Positions 1 through 13,255 of a stretch of DNA of 64,000 nucleotides are shown here, piece by piece. The DNA is taken from positions 372,001 through 436,000 of the forward strand of contig NW_021832829.1 of NCBI RefSeq assembly GCF_006345805.1. The letters are read 5' to 3'. The position numbers and the translations under genes were made by a program. Positions within the stretch are counted from its first letter, which is position 1. Each line of letters opens with the position of its first letter. The DNA comes from Octopus sinensis (Eukaryota). The notes under the pieces were generated by a model that had not been told where the DNA came from, did no database searches, and was given only the letters and a program-made list of their open reading frames with translations.

Positions 1-800
1 AGACGCGTAAACCGAGGCGCAGACAAACTCCAATTCTTACGGTTTCATCATTAAGAAGGCAGCCAGTTGTATTACAAGGGTAACAGTTTAGCCACGCGCC
101 GCTTAGGGGCTGGCTGCCCGCTTGTAAACAAGCCAACCTTCTCTGGTCCATGGTTTCCTTTAGGCATGAAAACGTATTGGCGTGGACTTTCGACGTCCAC
201 TCCGATTGGCAGGTCACATCAGATGGCAATGGAAATCCCAGCTTTTCCCATACGGCGACGCAATCATCCACAGCAAATGATTTCCTCTGTTCGTTTATTT
301 GAAAAAGAACAGTGTCGATCATATCTCTGGACGAGAGTACTGAGGAAAAATATGCGCCGTGCGCTGAATCTGCCGGGGTGATCAAGCCGATCCCTCCCAG
401 GGAAATTGGAAGAGTCGCCTGTCTCCACGACTGCGTATCGAAGCTAACTTTGAGGATATCCTCAGTGCAAGCTCTCATATGCTCGGAATAGTCTTCAAGA
501 AGATCTGTTTCCTGATAGCATTGGGCCGTCCTCAAAAGGTATGTTAACTTCGGAATAGATAGACAGTTCCTCATTAAAAAGAGCCCAATGTGGCTATCCA
601 CACAACGTAATTTTTTAGAGAGAAGGGAAAATTCCGAAATTTTAGTCTTCATAACAGCTTTGATACCACTTTCAAAAATAGAAGATCCAAGAAAAATCAA
701 GTCCTCTTTGAGGGGGAAGGTGCATCCAGGTAGCAGTTTGTCGAATTCGGTCATCCACTTCCGAAAGGAAAGTTCGTTCGTGTTGACATTCACAATGTCA
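1..800 (-). mobile_element. CRE-clade non-LTR retrotransposon, 5'-truncated fragment running off the window
   Basis: Manual translation gives an uninterrupted frame ...VDSHIGLFLMRNCLSIPKLTYLLRT...QATLPISLGGIGL...SGAWLNCYP...LRLGLRV, matching the post-RT region of the 17078-19066 ORF. It has no stop inside the window, hence its absence from the ORF track. Confidence 0.9.
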
Positions 801-1553
801 AGTAACTTGGAAAATTACGCAACCAGATATTACTAAATATATAGAAAATACAAAAATCGGGATGTACAACAAAATTGAAAAGCAACTCCAAAAAATAGTA
901 AAGCAAAAAGATGAGACAAAAATGTTTATCGCTATGAGACTGCTAAACAAAAAAAGAAGCAAAACACAATCAAAGTCTGGAAGCAAAACACACGGGAACT
1001 GCCGTCATTGACAATAAAAGTAAAGCAGAGGCTATATCTGAGCTTTAATACAAAATAGTTAACTGGAAGGATGAATCAGGATACAAACTAGGAACACTAA
1101 GATCGCCAATAAACACTTATGAAGTATTGGATCCAACAAAGAACTCAAAACCGGGAGGTCTGGGGGAAAAGATAACACCCCACCTGACTAGTAAAATCTG
1201 TGCCAATGAAGCTTCCAGAAACTATTGCAGACATCCTGAACAAACATTTAAAAAGAACACCCCATTAGACCTCGGCAAAAGATGGCTAATTCAACTGCAG
1301 AAACCGGAAAACAGAAAGGGCCTTATCAAACTGGCAACACTAGAGAAGATAAAAACCAAGGTGGAAAATTTTCTGTCGCTAGGGCAAAGTGTGTTTAGAG
1401 CTGACAGATCTACTCCTGATGTCATCTGACACACAGATGGACCGCTGTCTTATGTTAAAAATACTAATTGAGTAACTAACCCAATCTATAAGCGTGAATG
1501 TTAAAGACAGATATTTATAGTGAAAAATAAAAAAACGAGATCAAAAATAAAAG

Positions 1554-1781
1554 TCATCGTGCATCAAAAACAGCGACTATTAAATAAGTGAGTAAATTAT
1601 ACGTCTAGGAGTTCGCTTTTTATACAATATTCGATGCCCACATTCTCTGCATCTGATTGGGGCCGATAGCCTTACTTCATTCTCACGATTGCAAGCTGAT
1701 ATAGTTAGTTATAGGCTAACCTCCGCAGACATATGTGCAACCTTTTTTAGCCACTTCTTCATTCCGTTCTGTGTCCATCAT
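1554..1781 (-). CDS. POLR2K: RNA polymerase I/II/III shared subunit RPABC4 (RPB12), 3 exons
   Basis: Removing introns 1696-1720 (25 nt) and 1577-1602 (26 nt) gives (M)[57 protein letters not shown], with the RPB12 zinc ribbon and VFDAR terminus. Not in the ORF track. Confidence 0.95.
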
Positions 1782-1869
1782 CACAACAACACAAAATAAT
1801 ATCAAATTTTTATTAATTTATATGTTCTATTAATAAAACATATATTATTTAAATAATGTTGTCTGCTAG

Positions 1870-2280
1870 ACCAATTAACTAATTACTTCGATGAAATCAG
1901 ATTGTATCTCTATAAACATGATTGTATCGTCAAGATATTTAGTTTGTTATTTTTTACATCGGATCTGATTGTCGTATCCATTCATATTTTGACACTCATT
2001 TGCCACAGTAGAATAGCGAAGTATGTTATAAGCCTTTGGTCTTCCTAATTATAAATTTGCTGCAAAAATGCAAGCATTTAACAATTCGATTGTATTTTCT
2101 GAAATAAGAACTATTGAGAATTCTCATACATTTGTAGCTGGTCACTGTCAATGTTTGATCTTTCGAGAGCCCAAATTCTCAATAGTGCCCGTACGTGTTG
2201 TTCTTTTTTGTATGAGTCCTATGATTTTTAATCTTCTCATACAGTGCTTGATTGTCTGTTCAAAGTCATAATAGGAAAAG
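1870..2280 (-). mobile_element. Degenerate R4-like REL retrotransposon remnant (endonuclease region)
   Basis: Broken frames ...KCMRILNSSYFRKYNRIVKCLH...MDTTIRSDVKNNKLNI...FIEV align to the CCHC/REL region of the 47098-48039 ORF. Confidence 0.55.
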
Positions 2281-2319
2281 AATTACAAGTACAAGAAGTA
2301 ATTAAAACATTTAGGTGTT

Positions 2320-2550
2320 GATAAGTCTCTACAGGCTTATTATATACAGTCAACTGTTCTTAATAGGACTCTGGCGAGTGTCTCGTTTGATGCTCGCCGA
2401 TCCAGCCCTTTCCTGACATTTAGTGAGCGAGAGGCGCTGGACTGCACCATGACGAAAGTCTACAGACCCAGAGAAAAAGAGGGGAAAGAAAGAAGAGCCA
2501 CCCCTTGTTCACTTCGAAAGTTCAGAACTTAGCTAGACTATTAATTAGTT
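2320..2550 (+). mobile_element. R4-like retrotransposon 3' end
   Basis: Nucleotide-level match to the reverse complement of about 46910-47107 (actgttcttaa..ggactctgg..agtgtctcgtttgatgctcgccgatccagccctttcctgac). Confidence 0.8.
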
Positions 2551-3801
2551 AAGTACTTTCTAGATATAAATCAAAAATGGATATTTACTGGAATTTATAA
2601 GAAACCGCAGGGCAATAATAGTCGAATTCTAGCCTAATTTTGTCCATATTTACTATTCTCAAAAATAAACTGATGGATCAACTATGAGGAGAAAATAAAA
2701 TCAAAAATGTTTATAGAAGACCAAACAATCTCCAGTCACAAGTTTATAAATTTGAAATAAATTAGGGTGTAATTAAAAGCTTTTATCCAACATTGACACT
2801 GGTTATGGCAAAACTGATGGATAAAGAAGGAAATAAAAATTGGAAACAATTTTTAGAGAAAGTAACTTTTTCCTATAATACGACACACCACTCGGCGATC
2901 AATGAGACCCCCTTCAAAAAGTTTAGGGGTATTTCTGGAATTAACACTGTGATTCATGAAATACCAGGTTATAATCTTATTTACAGTGCTCGTCAAAAAA
3001 AATTGCTCAGCCATTTTTTCATTCTTTTATTGACAAATTAATAAAAAATTTCATCTTACGCTTCATTTTCTATTCTAATTTTTAAGTATATTAATTTATT
3101 TATGCGATTTTATTTCAATATAAGGAAATTAAAGCATAAAAATTTAAATCTCGTGACAAAAAACATTGCTCACTTTTCTTGTTAGTGCATATGCCACGTT
3201 CTCCCAAGAAACAGTTAACTGAATTTAAAAAAGGGATGATTATTGCGTACTTTAAAGAGGGTAAATCAATCAGAGAAATCTCAAAAATACTTAATTTGCC
3301 GTATTCCACAATTTCATTTAATATTCGAAAATTTCGAGAATTTGGAACACTGCATCGGAAACCGGGCTCAGGATGTTTTCCGAAACTAAGTTCCCCCCAA
3401 ATACAATTTTTATGTAATGAAACCGAATCACATCCTACATTGTTGGCAGTGGATTTGTCCAACAAAACTAAAGAAACTTTCAATATTGATGTTTCCCCTA
3501 GGACAATTCTGAGAACTTTGAATAAAAATGGGGTATATTGTCGTGTAGCAAAAAGAAAGCCATTGCTTTCTCAAAAAATATTATTTCGAGATGGTCTGCG
3601 TCACTACGATTTTTATCGATATCTGATAGTACATGGAAATCGGTGATATTCTCAGATGAGTAAATGTTCGATGTTTTTAACAACAGAAAACATCAGCTTG
3701 TTTACAGAAAAAATAAAACGGAGTTAAAAAATGCACATTTGCTGCCGACTGTTAAGTTCGGAGTAGGGAGAGTTATGATTTGGGGCTGTATATCGTCTAG
3801 T

Positions 3802-3934
3802 GGCCGCAATGGCGCAGTGGTAACGGCCCTCTAGCAGTTCCTGCCGGCTCCGGGTTCGAATTCCGCTGTTACTGTTGCGGTCGAAACGAAGGCTTCCAAG
3901 CATTTTAGTAATGCGAAGAGGGTTGACGAGTGAC
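3802..3934 (+). mobile_element. tRNA-derived SINE-like insert (Pol III A/B boxes)
   Basis: A box TGGCGCAGTGG (about 3810) and B box GGTTCGAATTCC (about 3853). No clean cloverleaf. It interrupts the Tc1 transposase after CISSSG. Confidence 0.5.
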
Positions 3935-4179
3935 AAGACAAATATTATGAAAATTTGGCAGTCAATTCCTAAAAGTTTTTTACAAAACTTAGTAAATTCA
4001 ATGAGAAAAAGGAGTTATTCTTTATATTTAGCAAGGGGAGGACATATTAATTACTGATAATGAGATTTCCAAATTTGTGCTAATGTTTTTTGTCTTGCAA
4101 TTTTTTGTTTTTGTTTAAGTTTGTAAATAAAAAAGAAAAATTTTATTATAAAAATTAAGGTATAATAATAAAATACTAC

Positions 4180-4899
4180 TTTTTTTTTTGATGTCAGTGA
4201 CTATTTATTAAAAATATGGAAAGCTAAATTAATCAGAAATTAATCGGCCAGCAAGCCGAATGGAACAGCTGTTCCCACGCACAACGGCCAACAGGATCCT
4301 TTGGATTATGAATGTAAATTCCCTAGGATCCTTGGAGCGTAAAGAACAGAGGTGGCCAAGTTTCTTTAGATGATCAACTGTCATTGTGCCAAAGACGCAC
4401 GAAGTCTCAACAACAATTGGCCAAAACCAAAAGCCGTCTAACAAGCCCTGGTATTTTTCGGATTTTGTATGTTCAGCCCTATTAGCACGGGACCCGGGCA
4501 GAGAGGCGGATTCGTTGATGGCCGACTTAGAGAAGGAATCAACACACGTGGCATCCCAAACTAGTGGTTTACCAGCGTCGAAAGCGAACAACGTCGAGCC
4601 ATCAGGCCTTTTTCCATCACCACGGTCAAGACCGATTGACTCAAGGACAGAAGGATACCCTGCCTTTTCGAGGGCATGGAGAATGATCTTGTTAAGAGCC
4701 GAATGACGAGGTATGCGACCTGCGCTTTTCTTGCAGGAAAGGGCATGGAGCCCGTATGTGTCCATCGTTGATCCACACCGGCAGGGGTGGGGATTACAAA
4801 TCGGTAGTCCGAGACGAAGGCATATTCCAAAACGGAGGGCATCGGAGTCGAGGCAGGTATCCAAATGGGTCGTGGGAAGGCAGTTAAGCCAGGAGCTAC
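4180..4899 (-). mobile_element. CRE-clade retrotransposon 3' fragment (CCHC plus REL endonuclease) with A-tail
   Basis: ORF 4229-4864 contains CRCG...HALSC...RH, GKRPDG, WDATCVD and VRGN. A10 tail at 4180-4189. Confidence 0.92.
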
Positions 4900-7009
4900 T
4901 TAAATATGTTTACAAAAAAAATAAATTAGAATAATGCTATATAAAGACATAAACATTGGTGAGCAATTTTTTTGACGACCACTGTAATAATTTAGATAAA
5001 AATAATGAGGCATTGTTTGTCGAAGATGAACTTAATGGTAAATTTACGATGTATTTATTTTTAGAAACGAATAATAAAATTTTTAATTTCACTCCTCCAG
5101 ACATGAATTCATATTATTTTAAAAGAATGAATAAAAAGATGGGAGTACACAGGTCAAAATATGATTTTGAAATAGAGAATGAGGTATAATTAAATAATAA
5201 CAGTTTAGGTTCGAATCATAAAAGATTGTGGGACGAATCCGTCTTTGAATCTACACAGAATTAAATCCCCACATGAAGAAAAGAGAAAAGTAAGAAATAT
5301 AATGTCTAATAACAGATTAATGGTTAGTTGTCTTTCCTAACATTTAGATCGAATTACGAAATGAAACCAAGATAGTTACTATGAATAGAGTTAAAAAATG
5401 TTAAGTTTTTAGAATTTTTAGCAATTATCTTGAGTCAGTAATTAGTGCCAAACTATGTAGGTCACCCTGTCAACAATGAAGGTCGCTCTGGTCGCCAGCG
5501 TAGTTCGCGACATAATGACCTCATCATGTAAACATTGCGGTTTAGGCTTCGCTGTTCATTCATTTCTGGTCAACGACTTACAGAAAGTTTGGACTATCAA
5601 TAGGAAAAGAAAGAAATAAACTGTTATTAACAGATATTCACACATTTACACTGAAATTAGAATATACAAGTGCAATGACCGCCGATGAAAATGAAAGCAG
5701 CGACACAAGAGTGAAGACGGGGGCCCACCGACCACTCAGCTGCAGCACAACATATGGCAATACAACAACATGCACGAGGGTCAAACCAACAGACTACAAA
5801 AACATAAAAAACCAGAATAACCATCAAATGTATAAGGTTTGAACTATCCAGCTGATAAAATGACGAAATGTCCAGGCCAGCCAAAGCAGAAAGAAACGAG
5901 ATGGCACTGTGAATAAAATATACCAGCCTACATTGCAATGTGATATATATGGTGAAAAAAAGGAAACAGAAAAATAACAATTCCCGGAATTGCCAACTTC
6001 AGAATAACAGCCAGTGAAAAATTGTGGATCTGCAGAGGAACTGGAATCCAAAAACCACAAAAAACCCAAAGAAAAGACGAAAGAAGCCAAGACCGGAAGT
6101 AGTAGCACAACCAGTTGGGACCGATGATAGTGCAACACATAATTTAAGTAATACGGCATCCAATAGGTAAACAAAATCTTGTTTACGTTCACAGACACCA
6201 ACATGAACACAGTAATTAAAGCACGTGGATTGAATAGAGAAAATCGTTCCAGGATGACTTTATTTCCGCGCATGATGACATCATCCTCAACCCACAGCCA
6301 AGAAACGCCCCAAAGCAAGACTAACAGACCAAATAGCAGAACGACACTTTCTGGGGGAAGATAAGAGTAGGTCTACCAGTAAAAATGCACATTTTACAAT
6401 TATTGCGAGGGACTGAGCCAAGAAATCGGATAGTCTAATAAGCCATCGTTTTTTGCATAGTTCTATAACCAGAATGTTCACTTATTTTTAACCATTTTTG
6501 TCATACCTGCTCCGACCAGAAGCGAATAAGATAAACAGAGAACTCCCCGCAGTAGTAATGGGAGTTCTAACAGGACAAGGAGCACATTTATTAGTCCTAT
6601 ACAGACTATTGACAACTTCATTGTAAGGGATACCGAGAAGGACCAATTAATTGAAATGGAGCCTGTCTAATTAACATAATAGTTAAAAATATGCCTGAAT
6701 AACTAAATATCCAAAATATGAGCAAAAGTATAGTATCCCAGCTTGTGGAAGTTTGTTCAAGTCATGTCCGACGTAGTTGAATTCGTTTATTGTCAGGAAA
6801 TAAAAAGAATAACAGACTATTAGATTCGTCAAAAAGTAAGCGGAGACAGGGCTTTCATACGACATCAATATTATTTAAAATTTGTTTAATTAATTTTAAT
6901 AAGAATAAATTAAAAAATACTATAAATTTTGATAAATTTCAATCTAACAAAATAGGTATTCTGTCCCAATATTCTCAGCCGGTTTACTCTTGAATAATTC
7001 GTCAGTTTG

Positions 7010-7305
7010 ACTCGGTACTTGTCTACGACTCAGAATCCCTCTTTGCCACCTCATCCGTCCAAATGCGGACAGTTGATAGACTCCGATGGTCTCCACACTC
7101 TTTAGTGCCGGCTAAGCGCTGGACGTACCCCAATACAGTCCAGTTGGAACAGCGTCGTCAAATGAGATCTTAATTCCGGGGCTTTCGTTCGGTTTTAGAG
7201 CCCACTGGTCTTTATCGTGGAGACGGCAAGCGTCCCGATGAAATGACGGTCTTCCTATTCTGCGAAGAGAAGTGTCTCGTATGAGACGTAACCTGTTCTT
7301 ACAAT
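7010..7305 (+). mobile_element. Degenerate CRE REL fragment
   Basis: PHPSKCGQLIDSDGLHTL*CRLSAGR...LEPTGLYRGDGKRPDEMT...DVTCS, with stops and frameshifts. Confidence 0.8.
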
Positions 7306-7339
7306 ATTTATAGTATAGATATTATGAAAAGTGAGGAGG

Positions 7340-7717
7340 TTTCCGGCATTTACCGACTGAAATTGATTGATTTGCAAAATGATGTTAAACTGAAAAGTTT
7401 GTTAGCAACATTTCAATAATTGACTTTTATTCGAGAATTCCAGAGAACCGATCTAGTCAATAATGCAAAAAAAAATTTAGCGATATTTGGATCAACATAT
7501 GTCTGCGAATCGACATTTAGTAAACTTGTCCGAATTAAAACAAAGTTTCGCAGCAGATTGACTGATACTCATCTATGTGATTTTTTACGTACTTCAACTA
7601 GTAGAATTAAACCTAATTTTGATTATTTAGTTAATAAATAATTGTTAAAAATTATTTGCGGTCCCTGTAATTTTTTTTAATTTGCGGCCCCTGAGTAAAG
7701 AAGCTTGAGAATCACTG
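7340..7717 (+). mobile_element. hAT (Buster/SPIN-like) transposon 3' end
   Basis: FGSTYVCESTFSKL...KTKFRSRLTD dimerisation motif (ORF 7420-7641). Terminus ...gcttgagaatcactg resembles a CAGTG-type hAT TIR. Confidence 0.85.
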
Positions 7718-7999
7718 ATCTATACTATAGATATATTTTATAGCAACCCTGCGAGGTAACTCGTTTGCTATTCGCGGTGTAGCCACTGGCGAATCCTAAT
7801 TGTTTTTCCCTTCCATACTTTTGAATAATAAACTTAATAACTACAAAAATAAGTCATTTTCTAAACAGATTTCTCCGTTTTTATTGATTTTGCCAGGGGT
7901 CGCATTCAAAATGATTTTTAAATTATTATTTTATTGATCCGTTAATTTATATAAATTTTAAATTAATTGTTAAATTTGCGGTCCCATTACTCTTTAGTG

Positions 8000-9044
8000 A
8001 TGCCTAAACAAGATAAACGACTAACTTTCGTACAAAATTTCATCTGCGGGGGAAATGCAGGAGTTGTGTGCAGAACTGTCTGCTCGCCTCTGGACGTTGT
8101 GAAAACTCTGCAACAAGTAGGGACTGCCGATGCGGCCTCCGGAATGACTCGGACGTTTATAAACCAATACAAAAACGAAGGAATAAAAGCATTTTATAAA
8201 GGCAATTTAATCGCCTGTCTCAGAGGCTTTCCTTATTACGCAATCCAATTTGCAGTTTATGAAAGATCAAAGCAAATCCTGAGTCAAAATAACTCAAAGG
8301 TCGGCTCTTTGTTGGTCTCAGTCAGTGGAGCACTCTCCGGAGTTTCTGCCGTGATTTTAACATATCCTCTTGATATGGTCAAGACAAGACTCACAGCACA
8401 GCATGCTGACCTGAGCAGGGCAAAATATAAAGGAATTTTGGACGCTTTCAAAGTCATTTCCCGAGAAGAGGGAATATTTGCTATTTACAAGGGTTTGGGG
8501 ACATCAGTAATTGGTCCTCGTTGCCTATTTATTTCCAGGAGTCATTCCTTTCACTGCGGCCACCTTTTACGCCTATGAAAATGTCAAAATGCTGTATGGA
8601 AGCACGGAGAATCGCAGCCCTGTCTATAATTTTGTTGATGGTTGTTTGGCGGGAGCGTTTGCTCAGACTGTGAGTTTCCCGTTTGATACGATCCGGAAAA
8701 AACTTCAGGTTTTTGATGTTTTTTACAGAAGGCTCAAAGTTCCTTCATCACGGGAGGAGGGACTGATGTGGAATTCAACGGAATGGTTGATGGGTTCAGA
8801 CAGACTATTCGCAGATATGGAATTCTTGGGTTGTGGAAGGGCACATTGGCCAATCTTGTCAAGGTACTGTCGATTTTTGAGTTTTTAGGTCGTGCCTTAT
8901 GCAGGAGTAATGTTTTTGACTTTTGAGGCGACGAAGCGTCTGTTTTTGTATTCGAATGGATATACTCAGAGCCCTTTCAGAGAGGATCCAATTCCACATG
9001 TTGACCAATCTCTTTCCATTTATGATAAGAGGAGGGCTTCTTAG
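8000..9044 (+). CDS. SLC25A43: Mitochondrial carrier, SLC25A43-like, 4 exons
   Basis: Three PxDxxKxR carrier repeats. Introns 8514-8538 (25 nt), 8709-8731 (23 nt; 20 nt if the upstream AG is used) and 8864-8888 (25 nt) join the ORFs. N-terminal RLTF.QNF.CGG and C-terminal NGYT.SP...VDQSL are typical of SLC25A43. Confidence 0.85.
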
Positions 9045-9286
9045 TTTTTCTCATCTCTGGATTTGGCTGGTTTTATGTTTAAAGAGTTTTAAAGTTACGA
9101 TCTAAAAATAAAAGTTATAGAAGATTAGCCAATCTATAGGTAACGTGGGCAACATTAAACAAAAACTTTTTTATTTAGCTTTCATATTGAACCGCATTTA
9201 TTAACTTTTGAGTCATCAAAACACATTAACGAGATTAGGAATGCCTGTTTATAACGCTTGTATACCAAAGTAATAATCGTATAAAT

Positions 9287-10945
9287 TTTTTTTTTTTTTT
9301 TTTTTTATGTGGTAACTACAATGTAAATACAGTCAAATTAATTAATAGAGAATTAATGTCGTGAACTTGAGGGTTAGTCCGACGACGAAGCACTGCGGAT
9401 AGAGAGGCAGTTCCCGCGAAGAATTGCAACCGAGATGCGCTGGAAAAGCCAGCTCGTCTCCCTCGGTCATTTGTATTCTGTGAGATTCTTCCTCCCACAA
9501 CCCGTAACAGATTTTCTACCTTCTTTCCAACCACACCGGAGGTCTCAAAGGCTAGGGGGACAAACTCAACGACGTTCGGAAGCACAGCGTACTTCGTCAA
9601 CTTCCTTTCTTCTGCCAGCGCACATGCGTAGCCTGGTGTACTGGCTGTTCCTGTGAGCACAGTATCTGAAAAGGAGTCGACGCAAGTTACATCCCAAACA
9701 AGAGACCTTCCTCCTCTAAAGGGGAATATAGTCAGGACGCTTTCCGTCACTGCGGCAGAGCCCAATAGGTTCAAGGGTCGATGGGAATCCCGCAGAATCC
9801 AAAGCCCTTTTCACCACTTCATTGAGGAGGACGTGGCGGGGAAATCGGCCAGCACTCCTCCTACAGGACAATGCGTGTAAACCGTTCGAAGGAATCAAAA
9901 AACCACAGCGACAACGGTGAGGTTGGCAGATTTCAAGTCCAAGTCGAAGACACACTCCGATACGTATAGTTTCGTCTTCCATAAGCAGACCATTGGACGC
10001 CAACGGAAGTGCGTTTAGCCAGTCTCCTGAGTGAGGCTGACAGGCACAGTTCAAAGAAGCCAGTTCCAACTGTCGACTCGCGTGCGAAGACTCTCCAACA
10101 GGTGTGTGCACCAGATGACATCCCAACTCTTCTGTATTGAAGGAATCTCCGGAAGGCCGAACTGGAATGGCAAGAATTCCCGACACAATTGCGGAATAAC
10201 ACGACGTGACATTATTTTGGCAGCAAGGCGTCTGAAGACATTACCACTGCAATTGGCCGTAAACCGCCATCACTCTTACGGAGAGCTGTTAGATTGGCCG
10301 AAAATAGGAGATCCCTCGCAACAGCAGGGATGGCGCCCGTGACATTCGAGAGCAAAGCCGATTGATCGAATCCAGGAGAGCACGGCCCGAGTCGGCAGTC
10401 AAAGGAGATATAAGGTCCCTCAGATGTATGGGCTTTATTCTGTCAATGCCTCCACTGCTGCTGAGCGGGAAGGACGACAAAGCAGCTGAGACCTCGGAGT
10501 TAGTCGTATGGGGACATCGGCCGAGCACGGATTGGACGTTAATCGAAGATTTTCAGGGGCACTAGGATGCTTGTGGCACAATTCCAAGTACACGGCCTCT
10601 GAAGGAGGCGCCACGGGCGTGTTTGAAGAGATCACCCGGACTGCCCCACTGACGTCCCCTTGCATAAGTTTACTTTTAACTGCCCGTATCATGAAAGAAC
10701 AATCCGTGTCGTGCGTAGAGGCACAGGACTCCACGTTCTGGGGTTTGGAAATAAGAGGCCAACAGACAGCCAGTCCGGGTCAAAATCTGAATGAACAAAA
10801 CAGGAACAAGCGTCTTTAATCCGCTGGGCTGGTGATACCTGTCGGCCATCCCGCAATCGAACGGTACGAGACCCCAAGCATAAGGGAGCAAAGCAGAAGA
10901 GTTTAAACCAAGCTTCATGAGAATCGGACGACAGTGCATCGTATA
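9287..10945 (-). mobile_element. CRE retrotransposon with internal deletion of the RT core
   Basis: N-terminal region (AWFKLFCFAP, GDVSGAVR, NLTALRK) joins near 10150 directly to the post-RT QKSWD..W region. CCHC/REL follows, then a long poly-A at 9287-9306. Confidence 0.88.
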
Positions 10946-11038
10946 AATTAAATGTCGAAAATTCAACTAATAAAAAGTTGATAATGCGATTGATTTTTTA
11001 AAATGCTGGTTTGTATTTTTATCACTAAGATACTTGCA

Positions 11039-12832
11039 ATGAGTGAAGTCGGAAGCATAACCGAAAAGGCGCCTGTGAGTTCCTATGAAGTTTATCGGTC
11101 GGAAGCGGAGGATTTGTACAGAAAGGCAATGTATCAAAAGGCCATTGCTTCTTTTACAAATGTAACTAATTCAACATTGGCACTCAAATAGTCACTAGAA
11201 CTAAAACCTGATGATCCATACTGCCTTATTTCCCGCGCTCAATGCTACCTGAAAGATGGACAGAATGATTTGGCATTGAAGGACACGGATTTAGTCCTAC
11301 AGACAACTAGTGACTTTCATAAAGTTTTTCCCTGTCCTCCCAGCTTAGGCGCTCTATATGAAAGCAGAATGCTATTATCAAATTGGAAACTTTGAAATGG
11401 CATTGGTTTACTATCATAGAGGACATAATCTGCGACCAGAAGTTGAGGAATTCTCTTTGGGAATCAAGAAGGCGTCAGAGGCTATAGAAAACAGTGTCGG
11501 AGGTTACCACGTGCCTTCTAAGCACTATAGTCCCTGATGCAATATCATTAAAAACAGTGTCTGGAGGAGATTATTACTCTCAGGATAAGTTTAATGTAAG
11601 AAACTGATATAATTTTAAGAAACTTCCTGGTTTAAACAATCTGAAATCCGCAGATAAACGCAAAATCAGATACGAGAATCCCAGACTGTCTAAACAGTTA
11701 TTAGAAGAACTTTACGACGATAAAGAATATCTGGAAGGGTTGTTGCGGGACGGGGGTGGTCTATTTTGTATATAAAGCAGACATTTGTTCACGGAACACA
11801 GAAAGTGGAGTTGAAATTCTCAACACTGTCACCGCCTGCCTTCGATATCTCACCGAACGAGCAGATTTTTGGTTGCAACATAAACCGATTTATGCCCGCG
11901 AACGAGAAAGAAAAATGTTTATGCGTGGAAGAAATGATTCCTGCAAGGAAAAAGATCTCGATCTTATAATTAGCAACAAAATTTCAAAACTAACAAAACG
12001 TGACAATTTCAAAAAAAATAGTTTAGAGTTTGAAAAAAGCAAATACCAGCAAGTTCAGAAATCGGCAGAGGACTTGCTAAGTTTTGTCGATTCCTACCCT
12101 CGGGAGTCAATTAAAGACAAAACAAATACCTTTTCCGCTATTTACAACCTGATTGCAAGTTCTGCGTTTGAGCTAAGAAATTATGATTGTGCGGAGGAAA
12201 ATTACACTCAAATGTTAAAGTGGCTTGAAAATAGGTATTTATGGATTTTTGAACATATAAAAAGTGAGATGAAGGACTCACAGTCGCGTATACTTGAATG
12301 CCTTGTTATATGTCAAATGATGGCAGGTCAATTTGCTAATGCACTCAAAAAGTTATTTTATAGTTTGTAACTTTTCAGTCTAACAAAACTGCTAAAACTT
12401 GACAGGAAAAAGGAGTCTGAAACTGTCATACAAGAGATTTGGGCAATCCACGAAAGTTCACGCTGTCACTACGAGCTTGGAAATTTTCAAGAAGCCGAAA
12501 ATTTTGCAAAAAAATCATTTGAGCTCGCCAAATCAATATACAACGGCGAATGGATGCTCAACAGCGCAGTTATTCTAGGCAAAATTTCTGGTATTTTTAC
12601 GCTTTCAGTTAATCTAGAAAAAAATGATAATTATAGAGACGCTCTTGAATATTACGAATCGGCATTTAATCTGTCTAATGCTTTAAACGACAGTACGGGA
12701 GCAAAACTCATATCGGAAGCCATAAAGACATTACAAGACGCTCGTTTAGAGATCAAAATTGACCATACAGATCAACACAATCCGATAGATCCACAGAATA
12801 ACAAAGAGGAGGTAGAAAATGAAGATAACTAG
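11039..12832 (+). CDS. ODAD4: Outer dynein arm docking TPR protein (TTC25), at least 7 exons
   Basis: Introns 11162-11191 (30), 11324-11348 (25), 11503-11530 (28), 11596-11619 (24), 11756-11777/80 (22/25) and about 12351-12377 (27) give FEMALVYYHRGHNLRPE, ELYDDKEYLE and FWLQHKPIYAR, diagnostic of TTC25. Confidence 0.92.
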
Positions 12833-12869
12833 ATTACAATAACATAATTTACTAATTTAAGGGTAATTT

Positions 12870-13200
12870 TTTTAACTCATCGACACTCTTTCTTTGATTT
12901 CTCATTTTAGGAAATCTATGCTGCCTGATAAGCATGTTAAAGCTTCTGCCTTACTACGAAAGTTTCCACTACGCACTTCCTTATTTCGAGAACGATTAAA
13001 TACAGTGAACTATCTACAACACCAAGATACTTGATGTTTGAAATCCCTTTAAGAATTTGAGTATTTCAAACGGGAATGTTAGTAGCTAGTTTTTTAGTCA
13101 AATGGTCTGCATGAAGTAGCATAGTTTTTTTCCATTGAAACGAGGTTTTTAAAGACTAGCGAAAAGTCATCAATAAACATGAAATGGTTAATTATCAATC
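12870..13200 (-). mobile_element. Degenerate R4-like RT remnant
   Basis: INHFMFIDDF (cf. xNHLLFMDDL) and IKYLGV motifs in broken frames. Confidence 0.5.
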
Positions 13201-13255
13201 ACAATTCCTCCCGATTTAGTTGGGAAATTCTGAGAAACCAGACAAGCGTTTCAAA

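Larger units (their letters stand above)
2984..4984 (+). mobile_element. Tc1-family DNA transposon (defective)
   Basis: TIRs cagtgctcgtcaaaaaaaattgctca (2984-3009) and tgagcaatttttttgacgaccactg (4960-4984), with TA on both sides. HTH ORF from about 3188, frameshifted WKSVIFSDE region and C-terminal IWQSIP...SMRKR...GGHINY. The DDE core is replaced by a tRNA-like insert, and a CRE fragment is nested inside. Confidence 0.92.
2600..5340 (+). mobile_element. Ginger-like (Gypsy-type integrase) DNA transposon remnant with micro-introns, interrupted by a Tc1 element
   Basis: Splicing 2742-2765, 2968-[Tc1]-4995, 5038-5064 and 5184-5208 gives RPNNLQSQ|GVIKSFYPTL...WKQFLEKVTFSYNTTHHSAINETPF...YYFKRMNKKMGVHRSKYDFEIENE|VRIIKD, an integrase core C-terminus plus GPY/F-like region. 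The catalytic E position is K. Confidence 0.65.

Noticed and set aside
3802-3875. Functional tRNA gene
   Set aside because: A/B boxes are present, but I could not fold a convincing acceptor or anticodon stem, and it interrupts a transposase.
5640-6660. Long purine-rich segment with hydrophobic minus-strand ORFs (5657-6318)
   Set aside because: The ORFs reflect the T-rich antisense strand. Only faint TE-like words (ARGLN, GVLTG) are present, too weak to call.
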